Assembly: GCA_963737265.1 (NCBI GenBank)
Contig: CAVTRY010000007.1
Coordinates: 462,529 to 526,528, forward strand
Reading direction: 5' to 3'
Origin: an uncultured delta proteobacterium
Lineage (GTDB): Bacteria > Myxococcota_A > Polyangia > Fen-1088
Length of the DNA stretch: 64,000 nt
Of the stretch, positions 19,709 to 28,865 are shown one piece after another. Under the pieces are notes generated by a model. The model did not search any database. It was given only the letters and a program-made list of their open reading frames with translations, and was not told the DNA's origin. A program made the translations under genes and the position numbers. The first letter of the stretch is position 1. Every line of letters starts with the position of its first letter.

Positions 19709-21765
19709 CGGGACTCCCGTTCGGCGCCGACGCGGGCCAGTTCGCGGGCAAGCGCGGCGACGGTGACCGCGTCCTGGAGGTCGGGCCGGACCGCGCCGCC
19801 GTCGCGGCCGTCACCGGCACCGGGTGGTGCCGGGCCGGGGTCCCAGACCCGCCAGCGCCCCTCCCGCCGCCAGGCACGCCGCCCTGCCTCCCCGGCCGGG
19901 CGGGTGTCCGCCACCGTCAGCGTGCCCTGCATCGCGGCCACGATCTGGTCCGCCGTGCCGCTCGCCAGTTCGCTGCCGGCGTCGAGGACAAGCACGTGAC
20001 GGGCGCGTTCAGCCTCGTCGAGATAGCTGGTCGCCAGCACCACCGCGGCGCCGCCGGCGGCCGCGCGGGCGATCAGCAACCACAGGTCGGCGCGGCTGAC
20101 CGGGTCCACTCCGGTGGTCGGCTCGTCGAGCACCAGCAGGTCCGGGCGGTGCAGCATCGCCGCGATCACACCGAGCTTCTGCCGCATGCCGCCGGACAAC
20201 TGCCCGGCCAGCCGCCCGGTGACCTTGTCCAGCCCGGCCCGGGCGAGGAGTTCCGCGCTGCGCTGCCGCGCCGTCTCCGGCGGGATCCGGTAGGCGCTGG
20301 CGCGAAACGCCAGGTTCTCCGCGACCGACAGGTCCGGGTAGATACCCGATCCGGCGGCCAGGTACCCGGTCGCCAGCGGGGCGGGCCGCCTGACCTTTCC
20401 GCTGGTCGGGGCGAGCGCGCCGGCCAGGCAGCGGAGCAGGGTGGTGCGGCCCGCCCCGTCGCCGCCGACGACCGCACTCACCTGGCCCGGTTCGGCACGG
20501 AACCAGACATGGTCGAGGGCCAGGGTGCTCCGGTACCGGACGGATACGTCCTCGGTGCCCCACCAGTCCCCGGCGCCCTGGCCGGTACCCGGCGCGGTCA
20601 CCCGGCGCTCCCGGGGGCCGGGGCGCCAGCCGCGCTCACCGCGCCGGCCGGGCTCGGGGCGCTGTGCGGGCTGCCCGGATCCGCCGCGTGGGGCGGCCGG
20701 CGCGAGGTAGGCCCGGAACCGCAGGCTGGCCAGCGTGAACACGACCGCGCCGAGCAGCGCCAGGAAGAGGAACGGCCGCCAGAGAGCAGTGAGCGGCTCA
20801 GCGCGGAGCATCACCCCGCGGGAGATCTGGTTGAAGTAGGTCAGCGGGAGCAGGTAGGAGATCCAGCGCACCCCGGCCGCGATCGACGACAGCGGGAAGA
20901 TCAGGCCGGACAGCAGCACCTGCGGCAGCGTGACCATGAACGCGAGCTGGATGGCCTGGCCCTGGTTCTCCGACACGCTGGAGATCAGGATGCCGAGGCC
21001 GAGGGTGACGAACAGGAACAGCAGCGCGCCAAGGGCGAACACCGCGAGCGAGCCGCGGAACGGCACCCCGAACAGGGTGACGCCGACGCCCACGACAATG
21101 GCCAGGTCCAGGGTTGCCACGGCGAAGTAGGGCACGATCTTGCCGAGGAACACGTCGCGCGGCTTGAGCGGCATCACCGCAAGCTGTTCCAGGGTCCCGG
21201 ACTGGCGCTCACGGACCACCCCGAGGCTGGTGATGATCGTGCCGACGAAGACGAGCACCACGCCGGCCAGGCCGGGGATCATGATGTCCGAGGTTTTCAG
21301 GCCCGGGTTGTAGAGCACGGTAATGGTGGGCCGGACCTGGCTCGCCTGTCCCGGGGCCGCCTGGCCGCCGCTGGCGGCCGCGCCGGACACCGCGGCCTTG
21401 GCGGCCATGGCGGACAGGGATGCGATCGCCGCCTTGGCGGTGAAAAGCTGGCTGCCGTCGATCAGTACCTCCGGGCGGCCGGCCCCGGTGACCACCGCCA
21501 CCGCGGCGTGACCGTCCCTTAGTTGCTCCTCCGCCCAGGCCCGGTCCTGCGACGGCTGCACGTCAACCAGCTCGAAGGGCTGGCCGAGCAGGTGCGCGGC
21601 CTGGCTGGCCTGCGGCCCGGCGGCCACGGTCGGGATCGTGGTCACGTCGAAGCTCGCCGCGTAGCCGAACACGATGAGCAGCACGACCGGCATCACGATC
21701 ATCATGGCCAGCGTGCGGCGGTCGCGCCGTAGCTGCCGGAACTCCTTGACGATCATCGCCCACAT
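19705..21765 (-). CDS. ABC-2 permease plus ATP-binding domain (one ORF here; possibly two genes meeting at GTGA 20598-20601)
   Basis: KEFRQLRRDRR and RERQSGTLEQL permease motifs, then GGDGAGRTT, LSGGM, LDEPT. Confidence 0.85.
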   Translation of the reverse strand: MWAMIVKEFRQLRRDRRTLAMMIVMPVVLLIVFGYAASFDVTTIPTVAAGPQASQAAHLLGQPFELVDVQPSQDRAWAEEQLRDGHAAVAVVTGAGRPEVLIDGSQLFTAKAAIASLSAMAAKAAVSGAAASGGQAAPGQASQVRPTITVLYNPGLKTSDIMIPGLAGVVLVFVGTIITSLGVVRERQSGTLEQLAVMPLKPRDVFLGKIVPYFAVATLDLAIVVGVGVTLFGVPFRGSLAVFALGALLFLFVTLGLGILISSVSENQGQAIQLAFMVTLPQVLLSGLIFPLSSIAAGVRWISYLLPLTYFNQISRGVMLRAEPLTALWRPFLFLALLGAVVFTLASLRFRAYLAPAAPRGGSGQPAQRPEPGRRGERGWRPGPRERRVTAPGTGQGAGDWWGTEDVSVRYRSTLALDHVWFRAEPGQVSAVVGGDGAGRTTLLRCLAGALAPTSGKVRRPAPLATGYLAAGSGIYPDLSVAENLAFRASAYRIPPETARQRSAELLARAGLDKVTGRLAGQLSGGMRQKLGVIAAMLHRPDLLVLDEPTTGVDPVSRADLWLLIARAAAGGAAVVLATSYLDEAERARHVLVLDAGSELASGTADQIVAAMQGTLTVADTRPAGEAGRRAWRREGRWRVWDPGPAPPGAGDGRDGGAVRPDLQDAVTVAALARELARVGAERESR

Positions 21766-21791
21766 GGCTGCTCCTGACGGCTGGCCGTGAT

Positions 21792-21823
21792 TTCAACGCT
21801 CGTTGAATTCTACGAGCGTTGAA
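21792..21823. promoter_or_regulatory. Double palindromic operator upstream of the ABC-TetR operon
   Basis: TTCAACGCTCGT-TGAATTCT-ACGAGCGTTGAA; also contains TTCAACG-CT-CGTTGAA. Confidence 0.75.
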
Positions 21824-21889
21824 TTCTTCCGGTCAACCGGGTCTTCCGTTCGGCGCGGGATCGAGCGGGATCGCGCGGGATCGCGCGGG

Positions 21890-23246
21890 TCAGCGGACGG
21901 CGCCGGTGACCAGCCAAGCGGAGCCGCTGGCGCGCAGCGTCAGGGTGACGAACCTGGCGACCAGCCACACGCTGTAGGCGAGCCAGAGGGCGACCAGGCC
22001 GCCGTGCCAGGCGTGTACGCAGGCCGCGGCGATGCCGAACACCGCCAGGGTGGCGAGCCCGGCCAGCGCGAGATAGTCCTGGTCCCCGGCACCGATGAGC
22101 ACCCCGTCGAGCACGAAGACCACGCCGGCCACCGGCTGCTGCGCCGCGACGATCAGCAGGACGGTGAGCAGCAAGCTTGTCACCGGGGGCGCCGTCGCGA
22201 AGACGGCCGGCAGGAACGGGCGTGCGGCCAGGATGACAAGGCCGAACACGACCCCGTACACCGCGCCCCAGGTGACCATCCGGGCAGTCGCCGCCCGGGC
22301 CCCGGCCACGTCACCGGCGCCCAGGTACTTGCCGGTGATGGCCTGCCCGGCGATCGCGATCGCGTCAAGGGCCAGCGCGAGCAGCGACCAGATGCGGAAC
22401 GCGATCTGATGTGCGGCGATCGCGGCGTTGCCCATCCGGGCCGCGAGCGCGGTGGTCACCACGAGCACGACCTGCAGTGCGAGCGTCCGCACCACCAGCG
22501 ACACGCCCGCGAAGGCCGCGCTGCGGACCCCCGCGCCGTCGGGCCGCAGCGCCACCCCGGCCCGCCGGGCGCCCCGCGCGACCACGGTCAGGTAGGTGAG
22601 CCCCGCCGCGTTCTGCACGATCGCGGTGCCTGCGGCGGAATCCGGCGAGGCCCCAGTGCAGGCCGAGCACGAAGATTGCGTTGACGGCGAGATTGGCCGC
22701 GCTGGCGCAGACCGCGACGGCCAGGGGGGTCCTGGTGTCCTGCAGCCCGCGCAGCACGCCCGTGCCGGCCAGCACGGTGAGCATGGCCGGCGCACCGAAC
22801 AGGCTGATCCGCAGATAGGTGACGGCCCCGGCGGTGACGGCCGGGGACGCCCCGAACGCGTGCACGAGTTCGGGTGCGAACAGCCAGCCGGCCACGAGTA
22901 CGGCCGTGCCGATCCCGGCGGCCAGCCACAGCCCGTCGATCCCCTGCTGTATGGCGGCCCGCCGGTTCCCCGCGCCGAGTTGCCTGGCCACGGCAGCGGT
23001 GGTCCCGTAGGCCAGAAAGATCGATATGTTCACCAGGGTGAACAGCACCTGGCTGGCCACGCCCAGGCTACCGAGGGGAATGGTGCCGATCCGGCCGACG
23101 ATGGCCGAGTCGCCAAGCAGGAAGAGAGGCTCGGCCACCAGGGCGCCCAAGGCCGGCACGGCCAGCCGCAGGATTTCCGCGTCGTGCGGGCCCCGGCGGA
23201 ACAGGGACCGGAGCCCGCGGCGGGGTGCCAGCACGGGCAGGTCCAT
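21890..23246 (-). CDS. MATE (DinF-like) efflux transporter (frameshift near 22640)
   Basis: LAVPALGALVAEPL, FLAYGTT, LRGLQDTRTPL; then LALDAIAIAGQ and VFVLDGVLIGAGD. Confidence 0.9.
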
Positions 23247-23377
23247 GACCGCGATCCTAATCGCGAGATAACCGCATCTGCACTTTATTTGCAACTGACT
23301 GGAATCCTGGGGCCTGGAGAGCCCGCGTGCCGCCCGGGGCGGCCGGGGCACTGCCGGCCATCTGGTCGGATAGAGCC

Positions 23378-24601
23378 ATGGCCCGCACCACACACCAAGG
23401 CCGGTGGACCCTGGCCGACCGCTTTGCCTCCGCCTGGCATTACCTTCCGGTCGAGGTGCCACCTGGCTCGCACGCGCTGCGGGTGGAGCTGGCCTACCGG
23501 GCGCCGGGCTGCGTCCTGGATCTCGGCTGCCTCGGGCCGGCCGGGTTCCGTGGCTGGTCCGGCGGGGCGCGGCGGGAGTTCGTCATAACCCCGGAGGCGG
23601 CCACCCCCGGCTACCTTCCCGGCGAGCTGGAGCCGGGAACCTGGCAGGTGGTGATCGGCCTCTACCGGCTGCCCGCCGAAGGGGCCGAGTACCAGGTGAC
23701 CGCCGAGGCGAGCAGCACCCCGGGACGGCTGGCACCGCCACCCCCGCCCACCGCGCCGCCGCCGCTAGCCGACGGGGACCGGCAGCCGCGCCGGGCACTG
23801 CCCGCGGCGCCAGGGCGGCGCTGGCTCGCCGGCGACCTGCACACGCACACGGTGCACTCCGACGGCGGGCTGGCCGTGCCCGAACTGGCACTGCTCGCGG
23901 CGGGCAACGGGCTTGACTTCCTCGCGATCACCGACCACAACACGGTCAGCCACCACGCCGAGTTGCCCGCAGCCAGCGGCCGGTACGGGATCACCCTGCT
24001 GCCCGGCCAGGAGGTCACCACGAACGGCGGGCACGCCGGGGCACTCGGCGACATCGGCTGGGTGGACTTCCGCGAACCGCCGGACGCGTGGCTCGCCCAC
24101 ACCGAGCAGCGGGGCGGCCTGCTGTCCGTCAACCACCCGATCGGCGGCGAGCTGAGCTGGATGCTGCCGATGACCAGGCGCCCTCCGCTCGCCGAGGTAT
24201 GGCACTGGAGCTGGCTGGACCTACGGTGGACCACCCCGATGGCCTGGTGGCTCGCATGGGATCCGGATTCGGTCCCGGTGGGCGGCAGCGACTGGCACCG
24301 GCCCAGCGACCTGTCCGCGGTGGGAACCCCGACCACCTGGGTGGAGTGCGAGGATGCGGATCCGGTCGCGGTACTCGCCGGCCTGCGCGCCGGGCGGGTG
24401 GGGATCTCCGCCCGGCGCGACGGTCCGGTGCTACTGCGGTGCGGCGACGAGCTGATCGCCGTGGACGCGGAGGGGACCACCCTGGCCGGGCCGGATGGGC
24501 CGCGGGCTTGGGTCACCGGGCCGCGCCAGGCCTTCCCGGCCGCACCCGGTCACCACCGGCTCCTCGACGACTCCGGGGCAACACGCGCCCTCATCGGCTG
24601 A
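23378..24601 (+). CDS. CehA/McbA-type PHP metallohydrolase
   Basis: GDLHTHTVHSDG, ITDHN, GQEVT..GH, VNHP, GGSDWH. Confidence 0.88.
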   Translation: MARTTHQGRWTLADRFASAWHYLPVEVPPGSHALRVELAYRAPGCVLDLGCLGPAGFRGWSGGARREFVITPEAATPGYLPGELEPGTWQVVIGLYRLPAEGAEYQVTAEASSTPGRLAPPPPPTAPPPLADGDRQPRRALPAAPGRRWLAGDLHTHTVHSDGGLAVPELALLAAGNGLDFLAITDHNTVSHHAELPAASGRYGITLLPGQEVTTNGGHAGALGDIGWVDFREPPDAWLAHTEQRGGLLSVNHPIGGELSWMLPMTRRPPLAEVWHWSWLDLRWTTPMAWWLAWDPDSVPVGGSDWHRPSDLSAVGTPTTWVECEDADPVAVLAGLRAGRVGISARRDGPVLLRCGDELIAVDAEGTTLAGPDGPRAWVTGPRQAFPAAPGHHRLLDDSGATRALIG

Positions 24602-24680
24602 CCGCCGCGGGCCCACAGCGACAGCCGCGAGAAATCTCACCGCGCACCTGGGCAGTCCCCGCCCCGCACACCCACGGTTC

Positions 24681-25082
24681 TCACGCCGTGGGCGGTGTCT
24701 CGAAGCCGCATCGGGGCCCGGTTGCTCGCGCCAGCTTCAGGTCGAGCGTCGCAACCCGGGAACCAAGGAACTCAGCCAGCGCGACATACCAGGCGTCGTA
24801 GGAAGTGAGGTTGTCCCTGAGGTCCCATACCCGGGGGGCAAACGGGCCGTAGGGAAAGAGTTCCACCCGCATGTCGAGCAGATCGGTATGTGCCATCGCC
24901 GCGACATCGGCGGAAATCTCGCCTGCTTCGGCGGCCCGGCGCAAGATGTTGGCCGCTTCGACCGGCATCAGATGCGGGGCACTGAGCGGCTCTCCGGCGA
25001 GCAGGGATTCCGCCCAGGAACCGGTGCTGCCGCTATCGACGAGCGCCGAGACCACGAGCGAGGCATCAACGACAAGCGTCAC
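24681..25082 (-). CDS. vapC: VapC PIN-domain toxin
   Basis: VVDAS, APHLMPVE, NLTSYDAWYVALAE, ATLD. Confidence 0.92.
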   Translation of the reverse strand: MTLVVDASLVVSALVDSGSTGSWAESLLAGEPLSAPHLMPVEAANILRRAAEAGEISADVAAMAHTDLLDMRVELFPYGPFAPRVWDLRDNLTSYDAWYVALAEFLGSRVATLDLKLARATGPRCGFETPPTA

Positions 25083-25315
25083 CGGCGGTCCTCGTCGCGG
25101 TGGGACAGGATGCGGTCGGCTGGCAGCGAAGACCCTGTCGCGGCCTTCCTGGCATGGATTCGTTGCACCAGGGCCTCGGCATCGGGCTGTCGCGCAAGTT
25201 CGATGAGTCTGGCCCGCAGGTACTCCTGCAGTGACCGGCCATTCAGAGCGGCACGGGCGGCCAGTTCATCACGGGTCTCGTCGGGAATATCCCGGATCGT
25301 GATCGAGATGGTCAT
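25079..25315 (-). CDS. FitA/VapB-like ribbon-helix-helix antitoxin
   Basis: ITIRDIPDETRDELAARAALNGRSLQEYLR; 4-bp overlap with vapC. Confidence 0.88.
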   Translation of the reverse strand: MTISITIRDIPDETRDELAARAALNGRSLQEYLRARLIELARQPDAEALVQRIHARKAATGSSLPADRILSHRDEDRR

Positions 25316-25321
25316 ACATGC

Positions 25322-25350
25322 ATTATGCTGCTAGTGCAATCATAGTGCAA
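25322..25350 (-). promoter_or_regulatory. vapBC promoter/operator
   Basis: Minus strand TTGCAC-N17-CATAAT, 6 nt before the ATG (leaderless); TTGCACTA occurs twice. Confidence 0.7.
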
Positions 25351-25364
25351 CGCGAGCTAGCTGG

Positions 25365-25470
25365 TGCCAGCAGACCGGCTTGGGTTCAGGAACGGTGTAT
25401 CCGATCCTCGAACGGCTTGAAGCCGCCGGGCACGTAGCCGCGCGGGCAGAGACACCCCGGCCAGCCGCTC
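25365..25470 (+). pseudogene. PadR-like HTH fragment
   Basis: CQQTGLGSGTVYPILERLEAAGHV with no convincing start or end. Confidence 0.6.
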
Positions 25471-25479
25471 TGCGATCTT

Positions 25480-25607
25480 CCCGCCGCAGTGTCAGCCTCG
25501 GAGAGATCCAGGTAATAACGCAACACCACGCAGGCCCGCTTGCGCGCGGGCAGCTGCGCCAGCACGCGCAGCAGGTCAATATCCGTGCCAGGATCGGCTG
25601 GTCCCAC
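25480..25607 (-). pseudogene. ECF sigma region-4 fragment
   Basis: DLLRVLAQLPARKRACVVLRYYLDLSEADTA only. Confidence 0.65.
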
Positions 25608-25707
25608 GTCACCGGGGCCAGACCAGGCCCGGCTATGGCACTGGCTGCTGTTACCGTCCGGAGGAGGTCGACATCGACGGGCCCGCAGACCTGTGACGGC
25701 CAGGCCA

Positions 25708-25980
25708 TTACGCGCCTACCTTGCCGCCGAACCGCTGGCGGGCGGCCTGCCGGGACACGCCCAGGGCGGCGGCGATCCGGTTCCAGCTCCGCCCGTGCGC
25801 CCGGGCCAGCGCGACGCGTTCGGTGAGCAGCGCCTCATCCCGGCGGGCACGTTCGGCGGCTTCGGCGATCGCGCGCAGGTCGGCGAGGTCTTCCACCTCG
25901 GCGGTCTCCGGGTCGAGTTCGTCGGCGAGTGCTTCGAACCGGCGTGCGGCTTCCTCGATCTGCTCATCGGTGTGCTTCAT
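25708..25980 (-). CDS. Small HTH protein, putative antitoxin
   Basis: VALARAHGRSWNRIAAALGVSRQAARQRFG; GGAGG RBS; follows a toxin-like ORF. Confidence 0.8.
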   Translation of the reverse strand: MKHTDEQIEEAARRFEALADELDPETAEVEDLADLRAIAEAAERARRDEALLTERVALARAHGRSWNRIAAALGVSRQAARQRFGGKVGA

Positions 25981-25992
25981 GTGATCACCTCC

Positions 25993-26225
25993 TCATCCCA
26001 GGAACCGGTAGAACTTGGCCCGAAGCGGTAACGCATGGATGATCACCGGATAGTCGCTGTCTAGCCCGAGCACATCTAACTCCAGCGGTGCACCGTCGCG
26101 GGACGGCCCGATCAGCATCGTCAGGTCGTCGTCCATGTCGCTCTTGTGGGTCGCATTTGCGGACGCCGTGCCAGATATCAAGCGTCGGGAATGCCGTGTT
26201 TCCGCACTGGCCTGCCGATCCGCAT
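25993..26225 (-). CDS. Putative toxin of a toxin-first TA pair (two +1 indels)
   Basis: Reconstructed MRIGRPVRKHGIPDADIWHGVRNA...LIGPSRDGAPLEL...IIHALPLRAKFYRFL. Confidence 0.65.
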
Positions 26226-26248
26226 TCAGACAACATACCTTGTCTGAA
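26225..26248. promoter_or_regulatory. Operator palindrome TTCAGACAA-N6-TTGTCTGAA
   Basis: Perfect 9-bp arms over the -10-like TATGTT and the start of the toxin gene. Confidence 0.7.
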
Positions 26249-26261
26249 CGGGGCCCGCCGG

Positions 26262-26426
26262 CCCCAGTCATCGGCGCAGGCGCACGACTCCCCGCCGCGG
26301 CCACGTGGCGGCGGGACATCGGCGGCCATGATCATGGCCGCATGCCACGCCGGTCTGACGCATCAAATCCGAAACGCCACGTTCACGCTGGTAGATCACG
26401 GGAGTCAGCCATGATCATGGGAGTAC
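26262..26426 (+). repeat. GATCA-palindrome dispersed repeat, copy 1
   Basis: CCCCAGTCATCGG...CCATGATCATGG...CCGAAACGCCACGTTCACGCTGGTAGATCACGGGAG...CCATGATCA; 35/36 core match to 28646-28681. Confidence 0.85.
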
Positions 26427-26632
26427 TGCCGGTGGGGCATGTAATGCCAAGTCTGAAATCCCCGACCGCGCCGACCAGGGACGCCGCCTGGTCATCGAAT
26501 GGACCGCCGACCTGTCACATGCCGATCCCCTGGCGCTGTCTTAGCGCTGTGGTTGGCTGCTCATATCCGGGCGCGGCGGCTACACGCTGGCCTTGCCGCC
26601 GTATCGCTGGCTGGTGGCCTGTCCCAGCCGGG

Positions 26633-26672
26633 TCAAGCCCGGCTTGATGTCGGCATCAAGAGGGGATAGATT
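26633..26672 (+). promoter_or_regulatory. hicAB promoter/operator
   Basis: Dyad TCAAG-CCCGG-CTTGA overlapping TTGATG-N17-TAGATT, 5 nt before the ATG. Confidence 0.7.
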
Positions 26673-26677
26673 CAGTC

Positions 26678-26890
26678 ATGGTGAAGCCGATTAAGCGCCG
26701 GGACGTCAACCGTGCGTTACGCCGCAACGGCTGTGTCATCAAAAACGACAAAGGCCGCCACACCACGTGGGTTTGTGGCTGCGGCGGTCAGCACACCGCA
26801 GATATTCCCCGCCACCTGGAGATCTCGGCGGGGGTGATCGGCGACACCATCGAGCGAATGAAGTGCCTGCCAGAGGGGTGGCTGCAGTGA
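26678..26890 (+). CDS. hicA: HicA-like toxin
   Basis: 70 aa; KRRDV..LRRNGC..KGRHTTW...IPRH.EI..G. Confidence 0.8.
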   Translation: MVKPIKRRDVNRALRRNGCVIKNDKGRHTTWVCGCGGQHTADIPRHLEISAGVIGDTIERMKCLPEGWLQ

Positions 26891-27264
26891 AGACCTACCA
26901 GGTTCGCGCCAAGCGCTGGGAACACGGCTGGGAACTGCACATCGAGGGCGTCGGTGTCACCCAGTCACACACGCTCTGGGACGCCGAGGACATGGCACGC
27001 GACCTGATTGCACGCCGCGAGGACCTGCCGGGCGACGGGTTCGCGGTGAGAATCACCCCCGAGATAGGTGGCGGTCTGGACGAGGAGACACGCGCCGCGC
27101 GGGAAGCTGTGAGCGCAGCCGATCAGGCACAGCGACTGGCAGGCGCGCAGTCACGGGCCACCGCACGGCGGCTGCGCCAGGCCGGCCTGTCGGGGCGTGA
27201 TATCGCCAAGGTGCTCAATGTGTCGCCGCAGCGCGTCTCACAGCTCCTGCGGACGGGTACCTGA
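26887..27264 (+). CDS. HicB-like antitoxin with C-terminal HTH
   Basis: GTGA overlap; TYQVRAKRWEHGWELHIEGVGVTQS..AEDMARD and GLSGRDIAKVLNVSPQRVSQL. Confidence 0.82.
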   Translation: MKTYQVRAKRWEHGWELHIEGVGVTQSHTLWDAEDMARDLIARREDLPGDGFAVRITPEIGGGLDEETRAAREAVSAADQAQRLAGAQSRATARRLRQAGLSGRDIAKVLNVSPQRVSQLLRTGT

Positions 27265-27381
27265 GGACCTGACCATCCGCCGGCCAGGCCAGCAGAAAAC
27301 CTGGCTCGTGGAAGAGATCGGCACCGCCGCATTGCACTGCACGATGTGCGACGAGCCTGCGCGGATGATGCAGGGATTGTC

Positions 27382-28474
27382 GTAACTGGTCAGGTCCCGA
27401 TTGTCGGCCGGGAGTGATCAGGCCTTGTCTGGGATCCATGGCCTGTCCCCGGGCTCAGATAACAAGCCGAGGACCAGCACACGGCGCCAGGGCGAACGCT
27501 CCCTTCGCCATGATGATCGCATGACACTGCACGATGGGCGCCGGAAAACCGGATGGGCGGAAACGGCATGATGACGACCGGGGATATGGATGTGCTGGTG
27601 ACCGGTGCTGCGGGCATGGCCGGGCGCGCCATGGTGCCAGTGCTGCGCTCGGCCGGGCATCGTGTCGTCGCCACCGACCTGCCCGGCGCTGGCGCCGCGG
27701 CGGACGTGCACGCCGACCTGACTGACGCGGACCAGGCAGACGCCCTGATCGGCGGCGCGGGCTTTGATGCGGTGGTGCACGCGGCCGCCATCCCGTCCCC
27801 AGGGCAGCACCCGCCGCACGTGGTGTTCGCGAACAACATGATGGCCACGTTCAACGTGATTGAGGCGGGCGTGCGGTCGGGCATACCACGCCTGGTCAAC
27901 ATATCCAGCGTCGGCGTGCTCGGCCTGCACTACGCCACACGCCGGTTCCTTCCCGACTACCTGCCCATCGACGAGCAGCACCCGTTGCGCCCGCAAGATC
28001 CCTACGGGCTGGCCAAGCTGTTCGGCGAGCAGTTGTGCGACGCCGCCGTCCGGCGATCGGACCTGCGCTGCATCTCGCTGCGGCCAGCCTGGGTGCAAGA
28101 CGCCGCAAGCTACGCCGCTGACCTCGGGCCGCTCATCCGGGCTGGCCAGCCACGAGGGGTCGCTGGCTGGCCCTACATCGACGTCCTCGACTTGGCCGAG
28201 GCAGTGCGCCTGGCAGCCGAAAGCGACCTGCCCGGTCACGAGGCCTTCTACATCGCGGCCGCCGACACCATGGGGGGCGTTGACCTGCACGCGTCCTGGC
28301 GCATCGCCAACCCCGGCTCCGCCACCCAACTCCGGCCCATCTCCAGGCCGGACGCTAGCGGGATCGACTCTGGTAAGGCTCAGCGCCTACTGGGCTGGCA
28401 GGCAACCCGCAGCTGGCGCGACTACCTGACCGACACCGGAGAACCACGCTGAACCAATGGACCTGACCAGTTAC
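27382..28474. mobile_element. Non-autonomous IS66-like passenger cassette
   Basis: Perfect 16-bp terminal inverted repeats GTAACTGGTCAGGTCC / GGACCTGACCAGTTAC; flanks GGATTGTC / GGATTATC; no transposase inside. Confidence 0.65.
27553..28452 (+). CDS. NAD-dependent epimerase/dehydratase
   Basis: VLVTGAAGMAG, VVHAAA, NISS, YGLAK. Confidence 0.92.
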   Translation: MGGNGMMTTGDMDVLVTGAAGMAGRAMVPVLRSAGHRVVATDLPGAGAAADVHADLTDADQADALIGGAGFDAVVHAAAIPSPGQHPPHVVFANNMMATFNVIEAGVRSGIPRLVNISSVGVLGLHYATRRFLPDYLPIDEQHPLRPQDPYGLAKLFGEQLCDAAVRRSDLRCISLRPAWVQDAASYAADLGPLIRAGQPRGVAGWPYIDVLDLAEAVRLAAESDLPGHEAFYIAAADTMGGVDLHASWRIANPGSATQLRPISRPDASGIDSGKAQRLLGWQATRSWRDYLTDTGEPR

Positions 28475-28535
28475 GGATTATCTAGACAACATGGGGAAAC
28501 CCCCGACTTCGATTAAGAAAGTGGCCCAAGGCGCA

Positions 28536-28734
28536 CCCCAGTCATCGGGCATAGCCCGGCCGCCGCCTGCCACGCCCGCATGGCAACGCAGGAACCAGGC
28601 GACCATGATCATGGCGGACTGTCACAAGGGCATTGCACGCCAAGACCGAAACGCCACGTTCACGCTGGCAGATCACGGGAGCCGACCATGATCACGGGGG
28701 TACAGCACCTGGAGCAGCCAAAACCCCATGATCA
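28536..28734 (+). repeat. GATCA-palindrome dispersed repeat, copy 2
   Basis: Same block order as 26262-26426, plus one extra GATCACGGGG...CCCCATGATC unit. Confidence 0.85.
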
Positions 28735-28865
28735 TTGCTGGCAGCGGGATGCCGGCCTCTTCTCGATGGGCACCGTGCGGGACGGGGGCTCTGGGGAGTC
28801 ACCGGGCCCGAGTTCGGCCACCGTGGCCCACAGCCAGAGCAAACCTGCGGCACCCGGGCCGACGG

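Noticed and set aside
24600-28750. Classical integron with attC sites
   Set aside because: No integron integrase, no RYYYAAC/GTTRRRY attC pattern, and gene orientations are mixed.
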